Below, in pieces: positions 9,795 through 17,849 of a DNA stretch of 51,135 bases. The notes below the pieces were generated by a model, which saw only the letters and a program-made list of their open reading frames with translations, did no database searches and was not told the origin of the DNA. The stretch covers positions 1 through 51,135 of IMG/VR virus record IMGVR_UViG_3300045093_000075, one strand, 5' to 3'. The position numbers and the translations under genes were made by a program. How positions within the stretch are numbered: position 1 is the first letter of the stretch; each line of letters opens with the position of its first letter. Source of the stretch: a virus (lineage: Duplodnaviria; Caudoviricetes).

Positions 9795-10199
9795 CTAGGC
9801 GTAGCACTCCCATTCGATCATCACCGGGACCTGAACGCGGTCCTCCTCGATAATCATGTCTGAAACGTTGGGCCGCTTGGTGATGCGCACGCCGATCTCG
9901 CCTAACCGGAGGTCGGTCGGGAAATGTGCGGCCACCTGCCCCGCCGCTTGCCGCACCGAATGCTCGCCCCAAATCAGCTTGTCGTAAGCGCTGATCTGCA
10001 ACAGTCCAAGATATTGGTGCGGATCATCCGAGCCGATGAAGCGCCGATTTGTGGCGTTCGGCACGAACTGGACCCGGAGAAAGCGACCATCCGCTGGCCG
10101 AGTGAAGCTCACATTGGGCCAAGCTATCGGCGGCGCATTGGGCAAGGTCATGATGCGCGCGAACAGCGCCGCCATAACTGCTTCCGTTGGATCGGCCAT
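9795..10199 (-). CDS. Tail terminator-like protein (DUF4128-like)
   Basis: IAWPNVSF...GLLQIS...VAAHF motifs; directly before tail tube. Confidence 0.75.
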   Translation of the reverse strand: MADPTEAVMAALFARIMTLPNAPPIAWPNVSFTRPADGRFLRVQFVPNATNRRFIGSDDPHQYLGLLQISAYDKLIWGEHSVRQAAGQVAAHFPTDLRLGEIGVRITKRPNVSDMIIEEDRVQVPVMIEWECYA

Positions 10200-10218
10200 T
10201 CCTATACGCTCCTGGCCG

Positions 10219-10443
10219 ATGGCCAATCAAAAACCTATGTCAGACGACGAAGTCGAAACGCTGCTGCACGACGTCATGCGGCAGATCGCCGACGCACGTT
10301 ACCAGCGAGGCACGGAAACCGAGCGCGGGGCCGAGGCCTTGAGGTTGGCTATGGTCGGCCCCTACTCGGCCCTATTGAGGCTGGAGAAGATCAATTCAGG
10401 CCCAAGCGAGCCATTGTCTCCGCCTCGACCTCCTGCACGATGA
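10219..10443 (+). CDS. Possible small antisense moron protein
   Basis: Helical-looking ORF (MANQKPMSDDEVETLLHDVMRQ...) filling a 190-nt gap; overlaps neighbour by 53 nt. Confidence 0.3.
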   Translation: MANQKPMSDDEVETLLHDVMRQIADARYQRGTETERGAEALRLAMVGPYSALLRLEKINSGPSEPLSPPRPPAR

Positions 10444-10816
10444 TCGGCCAGCGCTGGGCCGCCATCATCACCCAAGGGCGCCCTGCCATCCTTGACGTTC
10501 CGTAGTGGACGTGGCCGCCGTATTCTGCGGTATATCCAAGGTAGATCGTTTCACCGATCTGGGTTCCAGCTATTACCAGCGATATCTCGGCTTCAAACCT
10601 CTCATCGGCCTTGCCGGGATTGGGCCGAACCAATTCCGGCATTGCGCTTGCCGAGGCTTGTAGCGAAGACCGCAGGAAGGCGGTATTGCCAACAGGGACC
10701 AGCGTGTTGAGCTCAGTCACCAGGCGCTGCACGCTCTCGCGAAATATCGCCTCGTGCACTCCTTTTACGCGCTCCACCCAATCGCCGACCGCTGCAGCAA
10801 AGGTATCGGCCATCAA
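10391..10816 (-). CDS. HK97 gp10-like tail completion protein
   Basis: PVGNTAFLRSS, YTAEYGGHVHYGTSRMAGRPWV motifs. Confidence 0.8.
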   Translation of the reverse strand: MMADTFAAAVGDWVERVKGVHEAIFRESVQRLVTELNTLVPVGNTAFLRSSLQASASAMPELVRPNPGKADERFEAEISLVIAGTQIGETIYLGYTAEYGGHVHYGTSRMAGRPWVMMAAQRWPIIVQEVEAETMARLGLN

Positions 10817-11856
10817 GACGCTCGGCGCTGCTCGACCAACTGGCCGATGTAATCCACCCTATATTCAACGAGGCATTTGCAGCCGACAGTGTGATGAGCG
10901 GGCGCCCTCGGATCGTGAGGGAAAGCCATCCGCGTTCCGTCCGGCATCACGAACGGCTCATTGTAAGGCACCGATTGCCCCGACATGATCGTGTGCTGCA
11001 TCCGAGGATGCTCTGCCGGCGATCGGCGCCAGTGCTTCGTCACGAACCGGGCATCGACCTTGCCCGAAGCAATGGCTTGGCTCATCGCGTCGTCTCGCGC
11101 CTTACCCAAGGCATTGAGCGTTTCCGTCCGTCCGAGCATTTCGCCCCGGAGCGCTAACAGCCTATCGGCATAGCGGCCAGAAATGCGTTGCACCGTCTCT
11201 GCCGGCAGCGGCTTTCCTTCACGGATCGCTTTAAGCACTGTGGCGTCGAAGCGCTTGTCTCGCCGCGCCCGGCCCAGGTAATTCCGAAGCATCGCAAGAT
11301 CGCCAGAAAGCAGCTCTTGCCGGGCGGAAGTGACGAAGCGCTCCTGCTGGGTCGTGAGGCCGATGATGCCACCCTCGCGAGCGTTTGTGGCCCTGTTCGT
11401 GCGCCCCACGATGTTGAGCGCCGTGATTCGCGGGTTCTGCCCGGCGGCCAAACCTTCCGTCAGGGCAGTGCGGAGGGATTCGCGCTGATCATCGACGATG
11501 CGGGTCACCAGCGATGAGGAATGCTCACGAAGCCATGCCTCCCCCGCCTGATTGCGAACACCGAAGCGGAACACGATGCGGTTGCCCTCGGGATCGCGCA
11601 ATCGCAAAGCGTCGGCTTGGGCGATCCCGCCGGAGTTATATGCCTCCCCGATCAGAAGTTCGAAACGCCCGAAGGCTTCCCGCTCGATCTGGAGCACGTC
11701 CAAAGCGCCTTGAATATCACCGCGTTCCAGGCGATCAACGAGCAGGCGCAGCGTCACGGAGGACTTGATCTCGATGATCGCCTCGAGGAAGGCATCGCGA
11801 AGACGGGGCTCGAACCGGGCGGCAAGAGCCTCGAATATCTGGCGTTGTGTTGCCAA
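10813..11856 (-). CDS. Head morphogenesis protein (SPP1 gp7 / Mu F-like)
   Basis: TTG start with GGAGG; RTETL, K-x-W, R-x-x-H and FPHDP...CKC C-terminal motifs. Confidence 0.85.
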   Translation of the reverse strand: MATQRQIFEALAARFEPRLRDAFLEAIIEIKSSVTLRLLVDRLERGDIQGALDVLQIEREAFGRFELLIGEAYNSGGIAQADALRLRDPEGNRIVFRFGVRNQAGEAWLREHSSSLVTRIVDDQRESLRTALTEGLAAGQNPRITALNIVGRTNRATNAREGGIIGLTTQQERFVTSARQELLSGDLAMLRNYLGRARRDKRFDATVLKAIREGKPLPAETVQRISGRYADRLLALRGEMLGRTETLNALGKARDDAMSQAIASGKVDARFVTKHWRRSPAEHPRMQHTIMSGQSVPYNEPFVMPDGTRMAFPHDPRAPAHHTVGCKCLVEYRVDYIGQLVEQRRAS

Positions 11857-11910
11857 TGTCGTTAGCCTCCTTTATCGCTTTAAACGCTGCAATAGGATTC
11901 GAGGGCACCG

Positions 11911-12108
11911 GTGATGACCGAAGAAAAGCCGAAAGTTGTTTCTGAACAGCAGGTTATCATTAAAGCCCAGACGAGAGTTCATCTCGGGAAGCCGTTTGCT
12001 GGACTTGGGTCGTCAGCTACGACTTCGAGCGGAGCCCCAGCTCCGGAAACTACGGCTGGCGTCAGCGCAGCGAGCCGAGGTAGTTCTGAGAAGCCGCCCA
12101 GGGAATGA
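11911..12108 (+). CDS. Small hypothetical moron protein
   Basis: GAGG RBS; stop one base before the next ATG. Confidence 0.4.
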   Translation: MMTEEKPKVVSEQQVIIKAQTRVHLGKPFAGLGSSATTSSGAPAPETTAGVSAASRGSSEKPPRE

Positions 12109-12109
12109 C

Positions 12110-12556
12110 ATGGAGTTCTGGGCGCAATTGGCAACGCTGGTGGGCGTGCCGGTTGGCGCAGCCTCCCTCCTCTATACTGCTTCCCAAAGCCGTCAAAGTA
12201 GAAGGGCGACTTCTGCTGCTGCGGCCATAGCCTTATCCGATACCTTCATCGGAGCATGGGATCGCTATTTCAGGACCGCAATAGACTCGCACGAACGAAT
12301 GGTTGCATTCGGAGACCTGTGCAATCTGATCGAAACTGCCGCCGCCATTCAAAGGGACCGATTGCTGAACGGCGCGTCCGGGCAATTGGTTGAGGATTAC
12401 GTCATAGACATGCTCGAACTCATCAATGAAAGCGATGAGGCGCGCGAGGCATATGCGAGATTGCTGAGAACCGACGATACCTTCAAAAACACTCACTGGT
12501 TCATTCGACACATCCGCAAACGCCGGAAGGATTTCTTTCGGCAGCTTACCCCTTAA
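12110..12556 (+). CDS. Membrane-anchored moron protein (N-terminal TM plus helical domain)
   Basis: MEFWAQLATLVGVPVGAASLLY hydrophobic start; opposite strand to structural operon. Confidence 0.65.
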   Translation: MEFWAQLATLVGVPVGAASLLYTASQSRQSRRATSAAAAIALSDTFIGAWDRYFRTAIDSHERMVAFGDLCNLIETAAAIQRDRLLNGASGQLVEDYVIDMLELINESDEAREAYARLLRTDDTFKNTHWFIRHIRKRRKDFFRQLTP

Positions 12557-12911
12557 TAATGAGCCGCCACGCCACAACAGTGCCGGCGGCCGGTATCCGC
12601 ACGACCTCGATGATCGTCGCGGGCCGGCCGTCGATTTCCATCTGGTCGGCGGGATCGGGATCAGCACCGAATACAGCCGAGACAATCTCGATATCGGTGG
12701 CAACGATCGTGGTGCCGTTGATGAATTCCTCGCTTACCGGCTTGGCCGTTGCGTCGAGAGGATATGTGACCTCGACCGGCTCGCCCGGTATCCACGGCGT
12801 GGATGGATCAGGCTCGCCCGGCACGGTCTTAGTCAGAGTGATCACGCCCTGTTTGAACTCGGCCAGAATTTCCGAAGCGATACCGGCCATCTCTCCGTAG
12901 AAATCGGACAT
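12546..12911 (-). CDS. Head closure / head-tail adaptor
   Basis: AEFKQG...PWIPG...INGTTIVATD motifs; position. Confidence 0.75.
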   Translation of the reverse strand: MSDFYGEMAGIASEILAEFKQGVITLTKTVPGEPDPSTPWIPGEPVEVTYPLDATAKPVSEEFINGTTIVATDIEIVSAVFGADPDPADQMEIDGRPATIIEVVRIPAAGTVVAWRLIIKG

Positions 12912-13414
12912 CAGAACCTCGCCAGCGTCGTGACGCTCGTTCCCCCCGGCTTGGCCAGCAGCAGATCGACAAGAATGCCGTCCACCATTCCGAACACGGG
13001 CTGCATGTCCCTCGCCGGGTTGGAGCCTACGGCATAGGTGACCGAGACTGCGCCAGAGACCGCGACCGACTTCTTGACCGAGCCTGGCGTCACGTCGGGC
13101 AACACCGAATTGGGCCGCACCAGTTCGCGCAGAGCCAGTTCATAGACGGCCCTCACGATCGGAGCCGGCACGATATCGTCGGCCAACTCAGTCCCGCGCC
13201 ACACGACGTCCTCACGCGGCCAGAGAAGGTACTGGTCGGCCGAAGCGATCACGCCGGGATATCGAGCGCCATAGAGTGCATCGAGGGCCTGAGAGCCCCG
13301 AATAAGCGCGGAGGTTCGCTGATCGTCGGTGACGGTTTCAGCAGTCCAGGCCGCGTTGCCACGCGCCTCGTGATATTCGAGTGCGTCGAGCAGTTCACCG
13401 TAGTGGTCAGACAT
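12911..13414 (-). CDS. Head-tail connector (DnaT-like family)
   Basis: YHEARGN...ALIRG...LD, QYLLWPR and VYELALRE motifs. Confidence 0.8.
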   Translation of the reverse strand: MSDHYGELLDALEYHEARGNAAWTAETVTDDQRTSALIRGSQALDALYGARYPGVIASADQYLLWPREDVVWRGTELADDIVPAPIVRAVYELALRELVRPNSVLPDVTPGSVKKSVAVSGAVSVTYAVGSNPARDMQPVFGMVDGILVDLLLAKPGGTSVTTLARF

Positions 13415-13527
13415 TTTCATCCTCACGCGAACCGAAAGCCTATGGGCGATGCTCCACAAAGGAGCCACTTAATCGTCTCGTGATCGTCCCATTCTTTGGT
13501 CACGGTCCTTCGAATGAGGGTCGGACC

Positions 13528-13917
13528 ATGAAAAGAACGTTGGCATTACCGTTCGCTTTGAGCCTCATAGCGCTCGCGGCCTCTGGCTATGCGCAAGAGG
13601 ACGAACTGGAGGTCGTCGAAACGAGATCGCAGATGGAGATCGTGCTCATCGACGCAGATTTCGTGCGCCCTGAGGACCCGTCGACCTCAATATTCGGAGG
13701 CACGACGCAATTTCTCGACAGCGAGCCGATATTGATTGAGCTTGTGCTGAATGAACCAATCAGCTCAGAGCAGTTGACTGCCATGAAGGAGGCAGACCCA
13801 GACGGCGCAACGCACTTCCTTTGCGACCAAGCGACCCTGTATCTTGCGAACGACACTCACGTTGGCCTTGGCGAGGGCTGCTCGCCGACTAACGGCTCGG
13901 AAGACGATGCACAATGA
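13528..13917 (+). CDS. Secreted acidic moron protein
   Basis: Signal peptide MKRTLALPFALSLIALAASGYA; GAGGG RBS; two Cys. Confidence 0.7.
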   Translation: MKRTLALPFALSLIALAASGYAQEDELEVVETRSQMEIVLIDADFVRPEDPSTSIFGGTTQFLDSEPILIELVLNEPISSEQLTAMKEADPDGATHFLCDQATLYLANDTHVGLGEGCSPTNGSEDDAQ

Positions 13918-13976
13918 TGGTCCGCTTGGCTGTGATTAGTCCGCGCCACATTCTTCAACGAAGAACCAGCCATCGA

Positions 13977-14276
13977 TCAATCCGCCCAATCGCTTGAGAT
14001 TGCGCCGCATCGACGGCACATCGACCCGTCTGGGGTCAGCCAGAAGAGAGTTTCGCTACAGTTGCAGCGCCAAAAAGCAACCGGCGGCACAACCGCGTGT
14101 TTGGCGGCGCCCCAATGACGGTGACAGTTGGGGCATTCGAGATGATCTTCGTTCCCTACGGGCGCAACCCCCTGCCATTCATGGCCGCAGGCACCACAAA
14201 GACACTCCCCCGACCAATGAGGCTCACGCGGTCCCTCGTCCTTCGCGCGATCAGCTAAGGACACGATCTCAGCCAC
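13977..14276 (-). CDS. Small Cys-rich zinc-ribbon protein
   Basis: GTG start overlapping upstream stop; CGAC, CPNC, CNC and CRRC pairs. Confidence 0.7.
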   Translation of the reverse strand: MAEIVSLADRAKDEGPREPHWSGECLCGACGHEWQGVAPVGNEDHLECPNCHRHWGAAKHAVVPPVAFWRCNCSETLFWLTPDGSMCRRCGAISSDWAD

Positions 14277-14412
14277 GAGCGGATCGACAGTCACTGACGA
14301 AGAACCAATGATCCTTGATCCGACATATCGCCTTGCCTTGGGGGTCGACGGACACGGCATCAACGATGCCAGAAAAGCCCGAACGGGCGTGCATAAGGTT
14401 CATGCCGATCAT
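14269..14412 (-). CDS. Small hypothetical protein (47 aa, not in ORF track)
   Basis: GGAGG RBS; MIGMNLMHARSGFSGIVDAVSVDPQGKAICRIKDHWFFVSDCRSARG. Confidence 0.55.
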   Translation of the reverse strand: MIGMNLMHARSGFSGIVDAVSVDPQGKAICRIKDHWFFVSDCRSARG

Positions 14413-14474
14413 GGCGACCTCCAATGATTGAGGGGGCCGGAGGCGCGCGCGTCTCCGGCTATATCGGTCGCCGC

Positions 14475-14654
14475 TTATTCAGCGGCGTCTTCGAGAGCCT
14501 GGATACGGGTGGCGAGCGATTGAAGCGCGTCCTGAACCGTTCCAGCGGCGAGGCCATCGGTGCCGGCAGCCACGGTCTGCCCTTCGGCATCCGAAACCTT
14601 GGCGATGGCCTCATTGACCTTGCGTGGCGTCACCGCGCCTTTGATCCGGCTCAT
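14475..14654 (-). CDS. Small virion-associated protein (59 aa, not in ORF track)
   Basis: ATGA coupling to upstream gene; ends in VQDALQSLATRIQALEDAAE coiled coil. Confidence 0.65.
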   Translation of the reverse strand: MSRIKGAVTPRKVNEAIAKVSDAEGQTVAAGTDGLAAGTVQDALQSLATRIQALEDAAE

Positions 14655-15223
14655 TTCGCGGCCCGACGCTTCAGTTCAGCCTCGATCGCGGCATTGGCCT
14701 GCTCACCATTGGAGACGGGATCGTCGGTGAGCTTGGAGGCCAGCGAGCGCCGCTCCTGCCATGTCATGCCCTGCCAGTCGGCCGGGATGGACACGGCGGC
14801 ACGCGTCTCATCGGTCTCAGCGATCCGGCTTGTCGCAGCCGTACCGACCGGCTGATCGCCGACGATCTTCTGAGCGCCTTCGGTCACGGCCACGCCGGCC
14901 TGATCGATGGTCTGCGCCGGCTCGCCAGTCGAGACATCGGTGTTGCTGGCCTTGATGCCGATACCACCAACTGCGGCGACATCGGCATTGGCGGCAAAGT
15001 TGCCCTCGCTATCGGCGAGATGTTGGGTGGTGCCCTCGGGGTCGGGATGGACTTCAGGCAGACCAGCAAGACGACGGGACGCGTTCTGGGCTTCACGTTC
15101 GGCTTTATCGGCCATCTTGGCATAGGCCGGGTTGGTGGCCGCCTTGGAGCGGAGGATTTGGGCGCGCGACTCCGCCGCCCGGGCAACGGCCTCAGCCATT
15201 GCCGGATCGTTCTTGTTCGACAT
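14651..15223 (-). CDS. Hypothetical protein downstream of capsid
   Basis: GAGG RBS; Ala-rich with C-terminal IPADWQGMTWQERRSLA helical domain. Confidence 0.75.
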   Translation of the reverse strand: MSNKNDPAMAEAVARAAESRAQILRSKAATNPAYAKMADKAEREAQNASRRLAGLPEVHPDPEGTTQHLADSEGNFAANADVAAVGGIGIKASNTDVSTGEPAQTIDQAGVAVTEGAQKIVGDQPVGTAATSRIAETDETRAAVSIPADWQGMTWQERRSLASKLTDDPVSNGEQANAAIEAELKRRAAK

Positions 15224-15280
15224 CGGAATGTCCTCGCGAATGGGGGAAGGAAAGAGCGGGTGGGGCCGTGGCCCCTGCCC

Positions 15281-16285
15281 TTAGCCGTTGGTCGTCACGG
15301 CCACCATGCGGATCAGCTTGGGATCGTACACGCGGGTCCAGTTGTCGCCGTCGGCCAGTTCGGTGTCGGTGACACCAGAAGCCGAAGCCGGCGTGCCGGT
15401 GAAGGCAACGCCACGCGGATGCATGACCCAATGCCGGCGATACCAGACCGTCTCGATGCCCTCACCGTTACCGGCCGAGGCTACGCTGTCGATCTCGACG
15501 GGCTTCTTGGGCCCGCCTTCACCGGTCGCCTCGGCATAACCAAGGGCGCCGTTGCCGAACAGGTACGAGGTGTACTTGTAGCCGGAGGTGTCGCCCGCCT
15601 CGCGGGGACACTGGTCGGACACGAACACGTCCTTGCCGTCCCAGCGCGTGAAGTCGAGCCCGGTCACGGGGTCTTTGCCATATTCGATGGCGCGGGCCGC
15701 ATGCAAGTTCCAGAACACGCGGGAGTGCATCAGCACCGCCGAGAGCGACTGACCATATTCGCCGAGCAGCGCGTAGGCGTTGGCGGCGACTTCGGCGTCG
15801 AAATAAACGGGCGTCACCGCGCCGTCTTCGGATGCGACGTCGAGCACGTTGCCCGCCATGCCGGCGGATTCGAACACGCCACGCATCTGCTCGCCCATGA
15901 TCCGCTGTTCTTCGCGCACCCAATACTCAGCGATGAGCTGGGCAACGGCATCGAGCGGGTCTTCCGCGAGCATCGAGGCAACGAGGTTGGCGGACTGCCA
16001 GCCATTGTTGCGCCGAATCTTGCGCGCCATGTCCTGACCCTGGGTCAGCTTGTTGGGCGTGGCGTTCTGGGCCGGGTCGTCGGTCGAGACATTCGAGTTG
16101 CCCGTCAGATCGTTCCAGAACGGCATCTGGACGAGATCGCCGGGACCATTAGCGAAGCGCTGCAGCTCCGCGTCGGTGGAAACGATCGGCGAATTGCGGA
16201 TGCGGGAAAGCTGGGCAATGCGCTGGATCGTGGTGGGAAGAAAGAGCGGGCCATAGATGACGTCGCTCAGGCGAGTGGTAGCCAT
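15281..16285 (-). CDS. Major capsid protein (334 aa)
   Basis: MATTRLSDVI, MPFWNDL, DPLDAVAQLIAEYW, LMHSRV and RRHWVMHPRG motifs. Confidence 0.93.
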   Translation of the reverse strand: MATTRLSDVIYGPLFLPTTIQRIAQLSRIRNSPIVSTDAELQRFANGPGDLVQMPFWNDLTGNSNVSTDDPAQNATPNKLTQGQDMARKIRRNNGWQSANLVASMLAEDPLDAVAQLIAEYWVREEQRIMGEQMRGVFESAGMAGNVLDVASEDGAVTPVYFDAEVAANAYALLGEYGQSLSAVLMHSRVFWNLHAARAIEYGKDPVTGLDFTRWDGKDVFVSDQCPREAGDTSGYKYTSYLFGNGALGYAEATGEGGPKKPVEIDSVASAGNGEGIETVWYRRHWVMHPRGVAFTGTPASASGVTDTELADGDNWTRVYDPKLIRMVAVTTNG

Positions 16286-16395
16286 GAGAGATATCCTTTG
16301 ATGAAGGGATGATTGGAGAGTTGGTCAGCCATCCCGTCGGGCCCGGCTGCTTTGGCGTGGCGTCATCGACGCCGGAGATGACGGCAGGCCTTAGC

Positions 16396-17175
16396 CTACC
16401 AGTAGGGTTTCACGCCGGCGGCCTGCGCCATCTGGCGGGCCTTGGCGTCATTGGCAGCAATGAGTTCCTGCTGCTTGGTGAGGTTCGGGTTCTTCGGATC
16501 GAAGGGGTTGTCGGTAAACTTCTGTCCGTTGCCGCCGGTGGCATCGCCGCCGGTGGGCTTCTTGACGTAGATCTTGCCTTCGTCGCCGCCGGCCCAATCC
16601 TTGACGTAATTGGAGAGCGGCATCGGGCCCATATCGGTTTCGACCTGGGCTTTGAACTCGCCGTCCTCCTCGACCAGCTTCACAGCGCCCTTGGACTTCA
16701 GCAGTGCCATAGCCCCGGGCTTGAAGGCGGGATCAACCCCGGCCTCATCGAGGGCCTTGGAGAGGCCATCGTCGATCGTGGCCTTGGTCACTGCACTTTC
16801 GAGGGTGCCGATCCGCTCGTCCTTCTTGGCGAGCTCGGCTTGATGTTTGCGTTCAAGCTGCTGGCGGACCTGGGCGACCTGCTCGTCGGTCTTGGGCGGT
16901 GTCTTGCCTTCGGCCTGCTGGACCAGAGCCTCGTAGGCGTCGGCATCAAAATCATCGGGCAGACCTTCGAGGCGGGTCTTTGCGGCCTGCAAGTCCGTCG
17001 TGAGCGTGCGGTTGGTCTGCTTCTGACGCTCATGGGCCGTCTTGAGGTTCACGACTGTCGGATGGGCGTCGATGCCCTCCAGATCGAGGACGAACTTGCC
17101 GTCGACCTCCTTATATTCCGCGTGAAGCGCCTCCGGAACGTCGTCCAGAGTATCGAGAATGGTCTTGAGGGCCAT
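16396..17175 (-). CDS. Capsid scaffolding protein
   Basis: MALKTILDTLDDVPEALHAEYKEVDGKFVLD start, coiled coil, NPF...NLTKQ end. Confidence 0.88.
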   Translation of the reverse strand: MALKTILDTLDDVPEALHAEYKEVDGKFVLDLEGIDAHPTVVNLKTAHERQKQTNRTLTTDLQAAKTRLEGLPDDFDADAYEALVQQAEGKTPPKTDEQVAQVRQQLERKHQAELAKKDERIGTLESAVTKATIDDGLSKALDEAGVDPAFKPGAMALLKSKGAVKLVEEDGEFKAQVETDMGPMPLSNYVKDWAGGDEGKIYVKKPTGGDATGGNGQKFTDNPFDPKNPNLTKQQELIAANDAKARQMAQAAGVKPYW

Positions 17176-17214
17176 CGGCCGTCTCCTGTGTTGGAAGCCC
17201 GAATCTCGGGCATG

Positions 17215-17240
17215 AAAAAGCCCGGCACTGTGGCCGGGCT
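17215..17240 (-). terminator. Intrinsic terminator after DUF2171 gene
   Basis: Minus strand AGCCCGGC-CACAGT-GCCGGGCT-TTTT. Confidence 0.75.
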
Positions 17241-17263
17241 ACGCAAACGCGCTGGATACTGGT

Positions 17264-17521
17264 CTAGGCAACGCCGCCGCCTTCTTCCTCCTCGAAAGTC
17301 ACCGCAACATCTGCATCCGCCGAAAGGCGCACCTTGTCACCTTCAATGCCGGCGACGAGCCCCATCGAAATGTAGTGGTGATGCCCCTTGTGGGAGCCCT
17401 CTCCGCTGTCTTCCTTGGTCAACTTGATCCGGTCGCCTTCAACCCGATCGACCTTGCCGACGTGAACCCCATCAGCACCGATGACTTCGGCGTGTTCCTT
17501 GATATCTTCCGCTTTGACCAT
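17264..17521 (-). CDS. DUF2171 family small protein (moron)
   Basis: IKEHAEVIGADGVHVGKVDRVEGDRIKLTK...HHHYI...V...KVRLS signature; AAGGAGAAGG RBS. Confidence 0.9.
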   Translation of the reverse strand: MVKAEDIKEHAEVIGADGVHVGKVDRVEGDRIKLTKEDSGEGSHKGHHHYISMGLVAGIEGDKVRLSADADVAVTFEEEEGGGVA

Positions 17522-17597
17522 TGTCCTTCTCCTTGGTTGGGACAACGGTAAACGCCCGCGTAGTCAATTGGCTGCGATTGCGCGGCTCGCAGACATG

Positions 17598-17618
17598 AAA
17601 AAGCCGCCCTGAGGCGGC
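17598..17618 (-). terminator. Intrinsic terminator after portal region
   Basis: Minus strand GCCGCC-TCAG-GGCGGC-TTTTT. Confidence 0.75.
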
Positions 17619-17657
17619 GGAATATGTGGGATTAATCTTTGATTCCGGAGACCGACG

Positions 17658-17849
17658 ATTCCAAGCGATACCTATCCCCTGATTGCCATCGCCGTGGCGG
17701 CTCTTGTCCTTTGGTTGGTGTTCTCGGTGTTCCGAAAGCTATTCGGCCTCGCCCTGCTTGCGGCTATCGTTCTTTGTGCATGGCTACTCTGGAGCAATCC
17801 GGAAATGCTCCAGTCCTTAACCAACGTCCTGAAGACGAAATTCGGTTAA
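17658..17849 (+). CDS. Two-TM small membrane protein with ATT start (not in ORF track)
   Basis: GGAG 7 nt before ATT; (I)PSDTYPLIAIAVAALVLWLVFSVFRKLFGLALLAAIVLCAWLLWSNPEML...; stop overlaps portal stop. Confidence 0.55.
   Translation: MPSDTYPLIAIAVAALVLWLVFSVFRKLFGLALLAAIVLCAWLLWSNPEMLQSLTNVLKTKFG

Noticed and set aside
15020-17427. 430-aa and 372-aa plus-strand ORFs
   Set aside because: Antisense to capsid and scaffold genes
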